NCBI GenBank assembly: GCA_051362555.1
Contig: CM120643.1
Coordinates: 13,738,644-13,802,643 of the forward strand
Source: Lingula anatina
Lineage: Eukaryota > Animalia > Brachiopoda
Reading direction: 5' to 3'
DNA: 64,000 nt
The translations under genes and the position numbers were made by a program. Shown piece by piece: positions 51,801-63,913 of the stretch. The notes below the pieces were generated by a model that was given only the letters and a program-made list of their open reading frames with translations, made no database searches and had not been told where the DNA came from. Every line of letters starts with the position of its first letter. Position 1 is the stretch's first letter.

Positions 51801-54800
51801 TTATGTACAGACACAGATGTGTCTGTACATATAGCCGTCACCTGCGTCTGTCGTCGCCGTTGCCGTTGGCGTGCACTTTTACCGATAACACGATAAGTGG
51901 AAAACGGTTTTACCTTTTGGCTTGAAACTTACAGAACTGATGAATATTTATAATACGCAGGTCAAGTTCGAAAATCAGCATGATTGGGTCATTTTTAGGG
52001 AATTTATGCTGTTTTTTTCACTTTTTTCAGCATATATACAGCACCGATAACACGATAAGTGGAAAACCATTTTACCTTTTGGATTGAAACTGACAGAACA
52101 GATGAATATTCATAATATGCAGGTCAAGTTAAAAAATCAGCATGATGGGGTCATTTTTAGGGAATTTATGCCGTTTTTTCACTTTTTTCAGCATATATGC
52201 AACCCCGATAACATGATAAGTGGAAAACCATTTTACCTTTTGGCTTGAAACTTACAGAACTGATGAATATTCATAATATGCAGGTGAAGTTCGAAAATCA
52301 GCATGCTTGGGTCATTTTAAGGGAATTTATGCTGTTTTTTTCACTTTTTCAGCATATATGCAACACTGATAACACAATATAAGAAAAACAGATAGGCCAA
52401 TTGTCATTATACTCACAGGAGTAGTCAAACTAACTAAAACGCAGGTTGAGTTCGAAAATCAGCATAATCGGGCCTTTATTTTAGAAGTTATGCTGTTTTT
52501 TCACATTTCCTCAGATTCAATTCTTAGGCATGTTAACAGTCTCATTATTTAAATAATAAGATAAGTAAAAGTGTTTGTTTGATATTTCCAGCATTTTTAC
52601 AACATTGTTAATTGATTATGTAAAAATGATAGTTAACTTTTTATCGTGTATTGTGTAATAAAGTGTCAAAAATGGAAATAAACTCATATCATTGCAGTTT
52701 GTCAGATTCAATCATCCACTATGTTCAGAATTTCAGAATGGAGGAAATTGGACATTTAACACTGTTCTATTGATATTTTTCCCATCTCATCAATTTTCTT
52801 GGTTGGTCATATAAAAATGGCAACAAACTGTTTATTTTGTTTTATGTTAAAAAAAGTGTTAAAAATGGAAATAAACCCATTTCAGAACAGTGCTGTCTTG
52901 TTTACATTTTGGCATTTTTAAGATGTGACTTTGAAGTTCCATGAGCCTGCAGACCTTTGCTAGTCACATTTTCTGAATATCCATTATACTAATATTTTAT
53001 GATTAAAAATTGATGGTCTTAATGCTGTTAAACATTATGTAATATTGCATCAAAATTTGAAGAAACCCCTATTTTGGGCACTGCTCCCATGATGACCATT
53101 TAAGAAAAACCATGTCACTTACTGTTTTCAAACTTACAGGAAAGAAACATAGGGCTGAAATACAGCTTCAGTAGGCAATGCAGTCTGTTTGGTAATTTAT
53201 TCTGGCAGTTAAACATTTTTTTGTGAAAATTTAATTTTTCACATATTGGCATTTTCAAGGTGTGACTTTGAAGTTCCATGAGCCTGCAGACCATTGCTAG
53301 TCACGTTTTCTGAATGTTCATGTTACTAATATTCCATTATTAAAAATTGATTGTCATTATGCTGTTAAACATTATGTAATATTGCATCAAAATTTGAAGA
53401 AACCCCTATTTTGGGCACTGCTCCCATGATGACCATTTAAGAAAAACCATGTCACTTACTGTTTTCAAACTTACAGGAAAGAAACATAGGGCTGAAATAC
53501 AGCTTCAGTAGGCAATGCAGTCTGTTTGGTAATTTATTCTGGCAGTTAAACAGTTTTTTGTGAAAATTTAATTTTTCACATATTGGCATTTTCAAGGTGT
53601 GACTTTGAAGTTCCATGAGCCTGCAGACCATTGCTAGTCACGTTTTCTGAATGTTCATGTTACTAATATTCCATTATTAAAAATTGATTGTCATTATGCT
53701 GTTAAACATTATGTAATATTGCATCAAAATTTGAAGAAACCCCTATTTTGGGTACTGCTCCCATGATGACCATTTAAGAAAAACCATGTCACTTACTGTT
53801 TTCAAACTTACAGGAAAGAAACATGGGGCCAAAATACAGCTTCAGTAGGCAGTGCAGTCTGTTTGGTAATTTTTTCTGGCAGTTAAACAGTTTTTTGTGA
53901 AAATTTAATTTTTCACATATTGGCATTTTCAAGGTGTGACTTTGAAGTTCCATGAGCCTGCAGACCTTTGCTAGTCACGTTTTCTGAATGTTCATGTGAC
54001 TAATATTCCATTATTAAAAATTGATGGTCATTATGCTGTTAAACATTATGTAATATTGCATCAAAATTTGAAGAAACCCCTATTTTGGGCACTGTTCTCA
54101 TGATGACCATTTAAGAAAAACCATGTCACTTACTGTTTTCAAACTTACAGGAAAGAAACATGGGGCTGAAATACAGCTTCAGTAGGCAATGCAGTCTGTT
54201 TGGTAATTTATTCTGGAAGTTAAACAGTTTTTTATGAAAATTTAATTTTTCACATATTGGCATTTTCAAGGTGTGACTTTGAAGTTCCATGATCCTGAAG
54301 ACCTTTGCTTGTCACGTTTTCTGAATGTCCATGTTACTTATATTCTATTATTAAAAATTGATGGTCATTATGCTGTTAAGCATTATGTAATGTTGCATCA
54401 AAATAGAAGAAAACACAATTTTTGGTGCTGCTGCCATGATGACCATTATGGGAAAACCGTGTTATGACTGTCAAACCTTTAAAAAAACAAACACAGGACT
54501 AAAATGCAGAATGAGTTGGAAAAGCAGTCTAATTGGTTTCTTTTTCTGGAAGTTATACATTTGAGTGAAATATTCATTATCTTTTTGGCATATTCATTGT
54601 GGGACTCGGAGCTCCCATGGACATGAAGCCGAATGGTAATCAAATTTTCTACATGTCCATGCTATTTATTGTCAATATTAAATCAAAAATTGGTGATAAT
54701 TATTGTATAATTTATTATGTAATGTTACATCAAAATTGACAACAATATTTTTGCATTGCTACTGCAAACATTAGTGTTACTTATTATTATTTTTAACTTA

Positions 54801-55316
54801 CAAGTATGATTTTTAGGATTGGCATGCAGTTCAAATTAGAAAGCCAGGTCAATTGGGTTATCATTTATTATTGTATTTATGCAATTTTGTGTGAAATTTT
54901 CATTTTTCTCATTCTGTCACTTTCTAAGTATAAACTTGCACTCTGATGGGCCTGAAGCCTTATGCTTTTACTTCCGTCGTTGTTACCTGTTGTGCATAAT
55001 TAAAATTTGATGTTGACTCTGCAGTAAAACTAATGTATTATTGCATCAGAATTGGTAGTCTCCTATTTTGTGCATTATTGTTTTGTGCTTTTCTTAAGAT
55101 GTGACTTATGGGCCTGAAAGACCTTTGAGAGGGTCAGTCTGTTAATATCCCTTGGGTATCACTTAGCTAATTTCTGAGTTATAAAGCCATTTGCCTAATT
55201 GATAGGCCATTAAAGGAGATTACATAAAGCACACTTGTTGATATTTCCTTGTAAACTCCCAAAAGTTAAGCTCTCTGCTATATTAATAATAAGGAAGCAG
55301 TGATAATTATGCAGGT

Positions 55317-55376
<60 letters not shown>

Positions 55377-56715
55377 CCTGCAAATTATTATATATATTAA
55401 CCTGCATTAATTGATAATATATATAATCAAAGATTAAAAGTTTGAATAGCAGCTTCATTGAAATTATATTTACCTCAGGCTCTGCCAAGGAGGTTATATT
55501 TTCACCCCTGTTTGTCTGTCATGAACATAACTCAAAAAGTTATGGACCAATTTTGCTGAAATTTTCAGGAACTGTCAGGATTGGGCCAAAGAGGACAATG
55601 ATTAGTTTTTAGTGGTGGTCTGGCTCAATAATCAATCAATAATCAATAATAATCAACAATTGCTGCCTTGGCAGAGGTCTGCACTCTCCATGGTTTTCTA
55701 GTTTTGTTATGTTTTCCTTTACAATTTTTTCTCAAACACTTGCATTTGTGACTTTTATCTCTCATCCGCTCTAGGCTCTGCACATTTTCTGTCTGTATTT
55801 CCACATAAGCAATTGTATTGTTTTTTATGTCTTTAAACATTATATAATATTATTTTATTCACTGTCATCATTTTTCAAATATTGAGACTTTCATCATGTG
55901 ACTTTGGTCTCTCATGGTCCTGAAACTGTAATCTTATTGAAGGGGTGGATTGAGACCATCTTCTGGGTCTTCCGGAAGACAGGTTATTAAGTTTAAATTG
56001 ACTGCTATCTATTTTTTTTCTGTTGGAAGACCATCAAAATGGAGGATGGATCAACATAGATACTTTGGAATACTGTCAGAAAATATCTCTGGAACTGCTC
56101 CTGTTATTGACTATGTTACCTGTTGTGCATGATTAAAATTCAGTGTTGACTGACAGTGGTATTATAAGCATTATTTATTATTGCATCAAAATTGACAAAA
56201 TGACCTTTTTTTTTGCAACTTTATTTTCTGTTTTTTGTCTGTATATTTGACAGCTTTGCTGCCTTGTTTTTTTTTTATTTTGCATATTTTGAAAATTCTT
56301 GTTTATTGCATAGAGCTTGTCAAGGACAAGACTGGTTGTGGTGTCCCTTTTTTTTGGGGGGGGGGGATGGTGGTTCCATTCGAATGCGCTTACTCCAGCT
56401 GGTGGTACAATATCCGGAGGCGGTATCGCCTCTCTGATCCTCTAGTTTTTCATTCTTTGTAAATTGTTGAGTAGTTAGAGTGAAAATCTATTATGGTAAG
56501 TATTTTAGTCTGCTATATAAAGGAATTGGACTATTTTCATGTGTTATGTGTCATGTGGCAATGTGTTAATAAATTTCTTAATGTATTTGTTAAAATTTTA
56601 ATAATGTTTAGTTATATAATAATCTTTTATGATTACTAATTGCTGGAGAGCTTTCCCTTTTGGTATGGCTACATACTTTTTATCAGAAGAACTTGTTAGC
56701 AGTTAATATAGTATA

Positions 56716-56757
<42 letters not shown>

Positions 56758-57088
56758 TTTAATGGATTGATTTTAATTCTTTTCAAATTAAAATTTAAAA
56801 TAATTTCTTTCAATAATTTATCAAATTTTATTTAATTTACTTTATTTTTATTTTTTTGTTACAGTTTGGAGGAGGCCATGATCACACGCCTCAAGTCAAC
56901 TATCCGAGATGAGGTCTCAGATGCCTTACGTGATCAACAAGAGCGATTAAATGAGAGCATCGCACAAGCCATGCGCTCTACAGCAGCTACCCCTGTGCCT
57001 GGTTTTGTGGACCCTCAACAACAGCAAGCAGCAATTCACCACTTACTGAAGCAGGGGCAGTTAAATAATGCTTTTCAGCAGGTAAATG

Positions 57089-57149
<61 letters not shown>

Positions 57150-58619
57150 TTTGTTTTATTATGTCATTCTGTACTTTAAACAGGTTTTAGCAATGGAACC
57201 TGCATTAGCAGCTAGAATACCAATGTTATGTGGTTATATTTTGGCATGACATCAATATCTCTGCTGCCCTACCTGTTTGGTTTCCCTGAACAAAAGTGAC
57301 TGCTACCAACTCTAAATTTTAAAATTTCATTCTATTAATGACAAACGTGTATGCCTGCACTAGCTTTGAATCACAGCAATTTAGCTCATTTTTCTTTGGA
57401 AAAAAACTTCTCTCTCTCACTAAAATGTAAGTGCAGCACATGCTTACAAATTAATGGAAAATCCTGTATTAGTTAGGCAAGAAAACATTAACAAGTATTG
57501 TTTCATTATGTTGTATAATATTTCAGGCCTTATCAGCATCTGATCTGAGTCTTGTGATGTATGTCTGTGAGACGGTGAACCCGTCACAGGTCTTCAACCA
57601 GACGCCATGCCCACTCCAGCAGCCAGTCCTCCTCTCTCTCATACAGCAGCTGTCTGCAGACCTGGGCAATAACACAGAACTCAAACACAAGTAAGTATAT
57701 ACTATACTTTCTGCAGACCTGGGCAATAATACATGATTCAAACACAAGTAAGTATATACTATACTTTCTGCAGACTTTGGCAATAACACAGAACTCAAAC
57801 ACAAGTAAGTATATACTATACTTTCTGCAGACTTTGGCAATAACACAGAACTCAAACACAAGTAAGTATATACTATACTTTCTGCAGACCTGGGCAATAA
57901 CACAGAACTCAAACACAAGTAAGTATATACTATACTTTCTTCAGACCTGGGCAATAACACAGAACTCAAACACAAGTAAGTATATACTATACTTTCTGCA
58001 GACCTGGGCAATAACACAAAACTCAAACACAAGTAAGTATATACTATACTTTCTGCAGACCTGGACAATAACACATGATTCAAACACAAGTAAGTATATG
58101 CTAACAAAGTCTAACTGCAAAACTGAAACATTTTTATAGCAACTGCTAGATGAGACCCAAGTTTAATTGATATATTGATTTTTTTTTTTTTTCAAATATG
58201 TTAGTGGAATTAAACAAAGGCATTGCATTTTGAAATCTAATGATATCATGTCTGTTTAAGTAGATATAAGTAGAAAATTTACTGTTAGTTCCAATTTAAG
58301 CCACTGCAGTTGAGCAAAATCAGGGTCTGTGATGAAATAAACTCAATTTGTATTTGTATCAGAATCAATATCTGTTATTAAGTTGTATAAGATTTCAAAT
58401 AAAACAAATTAAAACCAATAAATTGTTGATTGTTTCAGATACTTAGAAGAGGCAGTGATGAACCTGGAGCCTACTAATTCTCTGACCAGGGAACACATGC
58501 CAGCAGTCCTGAACAATCTGGTGCAAAAACTCCTTGAATATATAAATGCGAACCCCACAGATAGGATGACTCGGCAACTTAGAATGTTGTTAATGGCCTC
58601 ACAGTCTTTACTGAAATGA
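35484..58619 (+). CDS. EDC4: Enhancer of mRNA-decapping protein 4 (Ge-1), 27 coding exons
   Basis: Exons 35484-35565, 35851-35905, 36031-36099, 36517-36628, 37021-37126, 39868-40054, 40501-40666, 40929-41033, 41289-41398, 41567-41650, 42076-42171, 42652-42760, 42918-43089, 43363-43459, 44086-44180, 44651-44789, 45399-46034, 46606-46686, 47058-47190, 47461-47626, 48132-48287, 48798-48914, 49594-49759, 50090-50276, 56865-57081, 57527-57690, 58439-58619. Motifs SNKVKITP..WEPKYYIGNLVA, ERALLKGFTGRVMDVAFAH, CLHEWKPHDG, FWKFALTGA..NRELKIWS, a Ser/acidic linker, and QGQLNNAFQQALSASDLSLVMYVC..QPVLLSLIQQL..YLEEAVMNL match EDC4. Confidence 0.96.
37867..38425. mobile_element. ~560-bp MITE with 40-bp TIRs, holding a nested ~135-bp TIR element (~38148-38283)
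   Basis: tagagagtttccgttgccggtgagatacgccggctagatt matches the reverse complement of the right end, tagagagtttccggtgcagttgggatacgacggctagatt. The nested element has ggcacgtagtc..ggctacggggcc ends. Confidence 0.85.
39261..39561. mobile_element. Long-palindromic MITE
   Basis: gagtgcattca...tgaatgcactc termini. Internal arms ccgcagactaaatatggccgacc / ggtcggccatatttagtctgcgg and ctgatggtctccct / agggagaccatcag. Confidence 0.85.
40055..40500 (+). other. U12-type (minor spliceosome) GT-AG intron in EDC4
   Basis: 5' splice site GTATCCTTT. Branch sequence CCTTAAC at 40484-40490, ten nt before the end of the intron. Splicing joins DGKIL|TACLLHVVRP in frame. Confidence 0.92.
40755..40839. repeat. (CT)n microsatellite
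   Basis: Directly visible. Confidence 0.95.
42800..42994. repeat. ~82-88-bp tandem duplication (~2.3 copies) spanning the EDC4 exon 13 acceptor
   Basis: ttctttcttcag|gta...ctccagctgtaccaagatgcagagca..gtacggc.catgtcag.tctgtctc..agtttctgct is repeated, with AG|GT junctions at 42835/6 and 42917/8. Confidence 0.93.
44779..44920. repeat. Degenerate ~51-bp triplication of the EDC4 exon 16 donor
   Basis: tctagtcctag|gtaagagagcaaa, tctagtcctct|gtaagaaagcaaaa and tctagtcttcg|gtaagaaagaaaaa, with GT at 44790, 44842 and 44892. Each is followed by (cta)n. Confidence 0.8.
48352..48447. mobile_element. Relic end of a CMC/EnSpm-like element
   Basis: Ends in ttttgctaaggg, similar to the ttttcgtaaggg end of 14397-14999, after clustered ttgcagca/tgctgcaa repeats. 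Confidence 0.5.
49179..49393. mobile_element. ~215-bp PIF/Harbinger MITE, family copy 2 (TSD TAA)
   Basis: taa|caccccatttccatagatt ... aatctatgggaatagagcc|taa. Near-identical to the reverse complement of 59889-60103. Confidence 0.9.
51881..52500. repeat. ~161-bp tandem array (~4 copies)
   Basis: Unit starts resembling accgataacacgataagtggaaaa at 51881, 52043, ~52204 and ~52364. Confidence 0.9.
52910..54600. repeat. 337-bp tandem array (5 copies, with degenerate copies continuing to ~55100)
   Basis: tgtgactttgaagttccatga at 52924, 53261, 53598, 53935 and 54272. Confidence 0.95.
55468..55690 (+). mobile_element. Short nested HINE-like element
   Basis: ttacct..ctctgccaaggaggttatattttc...tgtttgtctgtc...ataactcaaaaagttatgga ... 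gccttggcagaggtctgcactct. Subterminal inverted repeat ctctgccaagg / ccttggcagag. Confidence 0.75.
57653..58098. repeat. 57-bp tandem repeat (8 copies) spanning the EDC4 exon 26 donor
   Basis: Unit tctgcagacctgggcaataacacagaactcaaacacaa|gtaagtatatactatactt, with GTAAGT at 57691, 57748, 57805, 57862, 57919, 57976, 58033 and 58090. Confidence 0.97.
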
Positions 58620-59888
58620 ACAGTTCAGGACCGTACTTGATTTATATTTTGTATTTTTGTTTTATATTAAGTTGAGTGGCAGTAGTTTTATTTTTATGAA
58701 ACAATCAAAGATTTGATTATTATAACTTGTCATTGCCAAGGACACTAAAGTTTCTAGTGGTTAAGAACTTAACAGCAGTATGTGAGTCATAAAAACTGGA
58801 ATAGGCACATAATTTGATACCTGGCTTCATCTACTTTCAACAGTATTAGAAACTGGTTGTAGTAGCTCATATGTTAAACTCATTTGTATCACTACATCCA
58901 TTTTATAGGCATGAAAGGATTTCACCTTGATATTCATTGCCAAGATCCTTCTGTGTATCAGTGGAAATATGGATTATGGCTATATTTTATACAGTCGAGA
59001 GCCCATTTAAACCAGTGGAAATGAGAACTGGTTATCATTTTATATATATTTTAAATGCTACCATTGCAAATGGATGGAAGCTTATGAAAACTGCTTTATT
59101 AAAACAACAAAAACAACAGGATTATTACTTTGTATTTCAAAATATGATAAATTAATTGCAGTTGTTTGCAGAAAGTTATTCATCAATCAGTTTTTTGAGG
59201 TGAAATTCCATTCCTTGCGTATCTTTTGTTTTCCTTTCTTGCTTTATAATATGGCAAATACCTACTATACCCTCCAAAAATCTTCGTGAAATCCATAGAA
59301 TATTGAAAGAATATGGCACAAAGGGCTTTAACAAAACTCTTAATATTTGGTATTTTTTATATCAGGCTTGAGTATTTTTCAGTGCCACATTGCATATGTA
59401 CAGTGTTTTATATACTCCTGACTGTAGATTGATATAAACGCGATAGCACCACTAAAACCCAGTGAACAAAATGTAAATCTTAGTTTTTTTATTGTATTAA
59501 ATAAGGTAAAGTAAATTTGTTGTGCGTTTCCATTTATTTTGCTCACTGTTCAGGATACTTCTAAACCAAGCGTCTCTTGCATACTAGAAAAAAAATCAAT
59601 GTATTCACTTAAAAAGTGTGATGACAGTGATAATAATTAAAATGACAATGAAAGGCCTTTTTTAACATGTTTTGGGCATCTTTCAAGTTTTCATCTTGAC
59701 AAAATACAGTCGCAGAAAAAATATTCTTAGGTAATACAATGCACTGTGACTCTACATTTTACAGAAGTAGGTCTATCTGTACTAGTCTAAATTAGTAATA
59801 ACAAGGAGTTTCAACAGTTGAAACTCCTTGGTAACAAAGTAATCAAAGAAAAACAATTCAGTGCTAGACAAACCGTACAACTAACCTA

Positions 59889-60103
59889 GGCTCTATTCCC
59901 ATAGATTTTAGATCGATCTATCCCCGCGGGGAGTCTCACTAGATTACTTTCAGGTAATCCGACTTAAATGTCCGTCCCGCCTACTACAAGCTGTAAGGGG
60001 GTAATTAACTTTCGTAACCGCCCGGCTGACAGCTATTTAGCGTGAACCCCCAGGGAGTTAGGTCGATCTAAAGTAGGTCGATCTAATCTATGGAAATGGG
60101 GTG
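59889..60103. mobile_element. ~215-bp PIF/Harbinger MITE, family copy 3
   Basis: cta|ggctctattcccatagatt ... aatctatggaaatggggtg|tta. Near-identical to 49179-49393 in inverted orientation. Confidence 0.9.
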
Positions 60104-61354
60104 TTAGTCTTCTTGTCTGTAGTTGAAGCATTTTTTATCAAAGTCACATTTATTAGTTCTGGAACAATGCATGCTCAAAACTCTGTAGAGACACTGCAGA
60201 TGCGCAACCCCTCCCCCCATCCTCTCAAGAAACGAAACTGATTAGTGTGACATGTGCCGTGATAGTTTGATAGTTGCTAGAGTCCTGTCATGCGCATTTT
60301 CGTTTCCGAACAGTCTGAAAGTGGGTCACGAATGCAGGTCACACTAACTCCACAGGCGATGTAAAACCAATGTAGGTACTTGGTGACAATCTATTCAAGA
60401 CAGGAAACGGAATGCAGGTAGTTCTAAGGAGATTTACTGTTGTCCTCGCCCATCATATTTTCCTTGTTTTTATTTATTTATTTTGGAAGGGGGGTGCGCT
60501 GATGGCGTCTCTAAGTCATATCTTTTTTATTCTGTCAAAGGGTCCAGACTATTGCAGTGCAAAAACAGTCAGGAGTTGGTCTTAACGTTAAGACCTAAAA
60601 ATCTGATCTATCGCTGTCGGTACGTGCTTATTCCCAGTATGCTTTATATAGCGTTATGGTGACGTTTTAGTACACTGCTTTAAAATTTCATATTATAGAT
60701 CTTCAAGTAATACACCTAAGCAGGCCTAAGTTAGTTTCTTTAAAAAATTCCGTTTCATTGTCATCGTCACTTTTATGCATAGGCCCTACATGTGACAATA
60801 AATTATTATTAAAGCACTCTCCTGTCAAAAGACAATAGGTCGCGCCGTGGTTTATTTCGTGTAAAGTCACGTCATCCACGAATGCGTTCCACCCACCAAT
60901 GCACAGGCTTCGCCTCACCTATTATCTGCTCTATTTCTCGTAAAGCTCAGCGCCTCGTACTTTATCTATACCTTATACATATATTATTATTAAATCTAAG
61001 GAGCATAATTCTTGTGATTTATATCTGAATAGAAAGATTGCGTCTTTAACAAACATCGTAGGCAAAATAGAGACTGCTTTCTACACTTGATCGTCGAAAT
61101 AAACAGCACTCCCTAATTACTAGTTCCTTTACTAAATGAAAATAATAAAAATTTAACCAAGGAAGTGCAATGCTGATATCTACTTCCTTGATTTAACTAC
61201 CCTCAGCCTACCGTCAGCGCCGCAAGCTTGTTGGGGATCTCTTTTGTTGCCTGATTCAAAGACGAAATTTTACTCCGTCCTGGGTTTGAATTCATTTCGT
61301 GAAACCAGTCTCTGTTTTATTCCTTTCCCGAGGGGCTAGACATATATTTTATCT

Positions 61355-61494
61355 AGTTGTTAACATGTAAGCCTACGTGCTTCCAATATTCGAGTGACCA
61401 TCTGACCATCTTATCAGCAAATTGAGTTGTTAACATGTAAGCCTACGTGCTTCCAATATTCGAGTGACCATCTGACCATCTTATCAGCAAAATG
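61355..61494. repeat. 70-bp tandem duplication
   Basis: agttgttaacatgtaagcctacgtgcttccaatattcgagtgaccatctgaccatcttatcagcaaa at 61355 and 61425. Confidence 0.92.
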
Positions 61495-62011
61495 AAACCA
61501 TTGTTTTATTCGCGTGTCGCCTGACAACTAACCAAGCATGGGTATGTCAAATGTGTTTTTAGTAAGCAATACACAAGCCAACGAGAAACAATTGAATTGG
61601 CCAATTTTACAAAAGATCGTTAAACCGACGTCTATTTCAACTTTTTGATGAAAATTATACGTCTATGTTTTGACCCAAGATGAATGCCTGTGTTATTACA
61701 AGAATCAAATGTCTCCTGCTTTAGACCATTAAATACTTTATTATAGTTGACTGCCATGTCTTTATCCAGACCCCAAGTAGACTAAAAATACAACGACCTA
61801 GGTATCTTTTGCTTAACCGACAGATTTTTACGTGTATTACTGCAAATCTTTAGACAACATTGCCATTTATTTATCCACGAAGTTCTGCCTGAATGACAAA
61901 AGGGAAGGTTATTTTTGTGACATTCATATGAATACGCGTTTATTTACAGTCTAAAAAGACGAAAGGTTTGCTGCGGTGTGAGATAATTGATAGCTGAAAG
62001 CCGGCAACAAC

Positions 62012-62482
62012 ATGGATCTTTTGGGCGTATTACTTTGGCTGTGCTTACCTGCAAGATGGATGGCAGGTGAGATCAACGTGTTCGTGTGGGGGAACTCGAC
62101 TGAGGAGAATTTCACCAGCTGTGTTATGTTATAAGAATAAAGTAGTTTTTTTTCTTTTTCTTTTTTTGTCTAACAGGATATCTTCACCAGGGAATGAGGC
62201 TACCATATGGAGATACACTATTTCAATATTGAGCTGCTGACTGAAGAAAAATTACTTTATTCTTTGGGGGCAGTCGTGTTTATAATATACGAGACAAATT
62301 CAGTTTTTCTACACCTGTGCTCAACATGCATGTATTTATAGTAAAGCAGTCTGTTTTATGTTTCCACGCGTATCGAGGTAAATTTGGCATAGCAAAAATA
62401 CAGGATCCGCCTCTGTGTGTGTGTGTGTGTGTATGTGTGTGTGTGTGTGTGTGTGTGCGTGCGTGTGTGTGTGTGTGTGTGC

Positions 62483-62519
<37 letters not shown>

Positions 62520-63621
62520 CAGGCGAGGAATTTGGGGTGGGGTAAAATAAGTGCTCATTCATATTGAAACTGTCGGCCTACGTATATCGATTCAACTCCC
62601 CGGGGACTCTTGCTGAATGCAATTAGTTTGACAGAGAAACACGGCTCCTCCTGGCGTTGAGTGGACCACAGATAAGCTGGTGATTATACGAGTACGTTGG
62701 GAACAAGACAAATCTAATTTTTATGCCTGTGCTCTGCATGTATCGTTCTACGTAGACCGTTTGTTTTAATGGGAATGCGACATATAAAATGCCACAGTGT
62801 TCGGCTTAACAAGTCACACAGGTTAGACCTCATGCATGAAACAGCCAGTGTTTGAAACTTTCGAGAATATGTGTAACAAATGGCGTGCATAAGTGGTAGC
62901 ACCACTTCTGGATAGTTGAAAAATTGACTAAACAGCGTGCTCAAACTGGTGCGTAGAAAATAAATTAGATTGAAAACACATCTATTAAGATTAACTTGGT
63001 ATAAAGCGTCTGAGCTTTTGGGTTGTGCGCCTTGTTCGGGAACTGAAAAATAAACTACAAGGATACGTGATGTTCTTTGTTTATTCTTTTTAGTCCCTGA
63101 TGAAGGCACACTAGCCGAAAGCCTGGGAGCTGTATACAAATCAGGCCTACCGTTGATCTTAAGAGAGTTTTCAATTTAATTTTTTCTATTTCTTACATGT
63201 ACACATACGGAAAAATTAGTATTATTACGAGTATAAGGAAAAACGCGGCTTTTGAATCCATAACCCTGCCTATTACAGTGCTTTCCTCAGGTGCAGTGAC
63301 CATGACGAGAAAGGTGACATTGGTCCAGAGGAGTCTGCAGAACATAGTCGGGTCATCCCCAAAAATTGAAGTAAAAAGTTTTGAGAACTGGGCCGAGTCA
63401 CTTAAAGAGGACGTTGTATTCACGGCCAGCCCAAAGTCGGTGAGAGAGGTAATGCCCAGCGGTTAAATTTATGGAACGAAATCTGCACATGTGTGTTGTT
63501 AATATAATCAATTAAATGTATAATTTTTAAAAATATTTTGCACATATATATATAGTTAAACGTCCGATGTTCATAATATAAATTTCATTCGTCTTCTTAT
63601 CCATTATTTAATTAACTCGTC

Positions 63622-63653
<32 letters not shown>

Positions 63654-63868
63654 TTAGCTCACACAAGTAACCTCAAGAATCCTTATGTCCTAACTTTTAC
63701 ATACAGATCCAGAGGATCGTGTTTGCTGCTCTCCTCTGCAGAAAGAATGTCCGAGTTGTGGGTAGCACTCACTCTTGGTCTTCTCTGTTCACCGACTCGG
63801 AACAAATTCAGATAAATTTGGGCAACATGACATTAGAGGGAGGAAAGAGAGTGATCCTCCAGCCCGGG
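62012..63868 (+). CDS. 5' part of a FAD-linked oxidase (PCMH/FAD_binding_4; gulonolactone/aldonolactone oxidase-like) with predicted signal peptide; continues beyond the window
   Basis: Exons 62012-62066 (MDLLGVLLWLCLPARWMA), 63291-63448 (..FENWAESLKEDVVFTASPKSVRE) and 63707-63868 (IQRIVFAALLCRKNVRVVGSTHSWSSLF..) are phase-compatible. NW..P.S..E and VRVVG..HSWS are typical of this family. Confidence 0.8.
62414..62519. repeat. Compound (GT)n(GA)n microsatellite
   Basis: Directly visible. Confidence 0.95.
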
Positions 63869-63913
63869 GTAAGATGTATTAAAGAATAATGACAGAAATG
63901 GCCTCTAATTTAC

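Larger units (their letters stand above)
50414..56450 (+). mobile_element. ~6-kb Helentron-associated (HINE/DINE-like) non-autonomous element with internal satellite arrays and nested elements, in EDC4 intron 24
   Basis: 5' end: subterminal repeat gtaccaccag in a hairpin (gtaccaccag..ctggcggtac), then ctccgccgg microrepeats. 3' end: inverted copy ctggtggtac (~56399-56408), stem-loop gaggcggtatcgcctc and ctagtttt terminus. Internal TTGACCTTTGACC motifs. Confidence 0.8.

Noticed and set aside
57523-58139. Repetitive ORFs (194, 110 and 120 aa) and a CRISPR-like look of the 57-bp array
   Set aside because: The ORFs are by-products of a repeat whose length is a multiple of 3. The units are contiguous with no unique spacers, there are no cas genes, and the context is a eukaryotic intron.
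62280-63139. ORFs of 92, 77, 68 and 141 aa in the oxidase intron
   Set aside because: They are microsatellite-derived or lack any recognisable domain or splice support.
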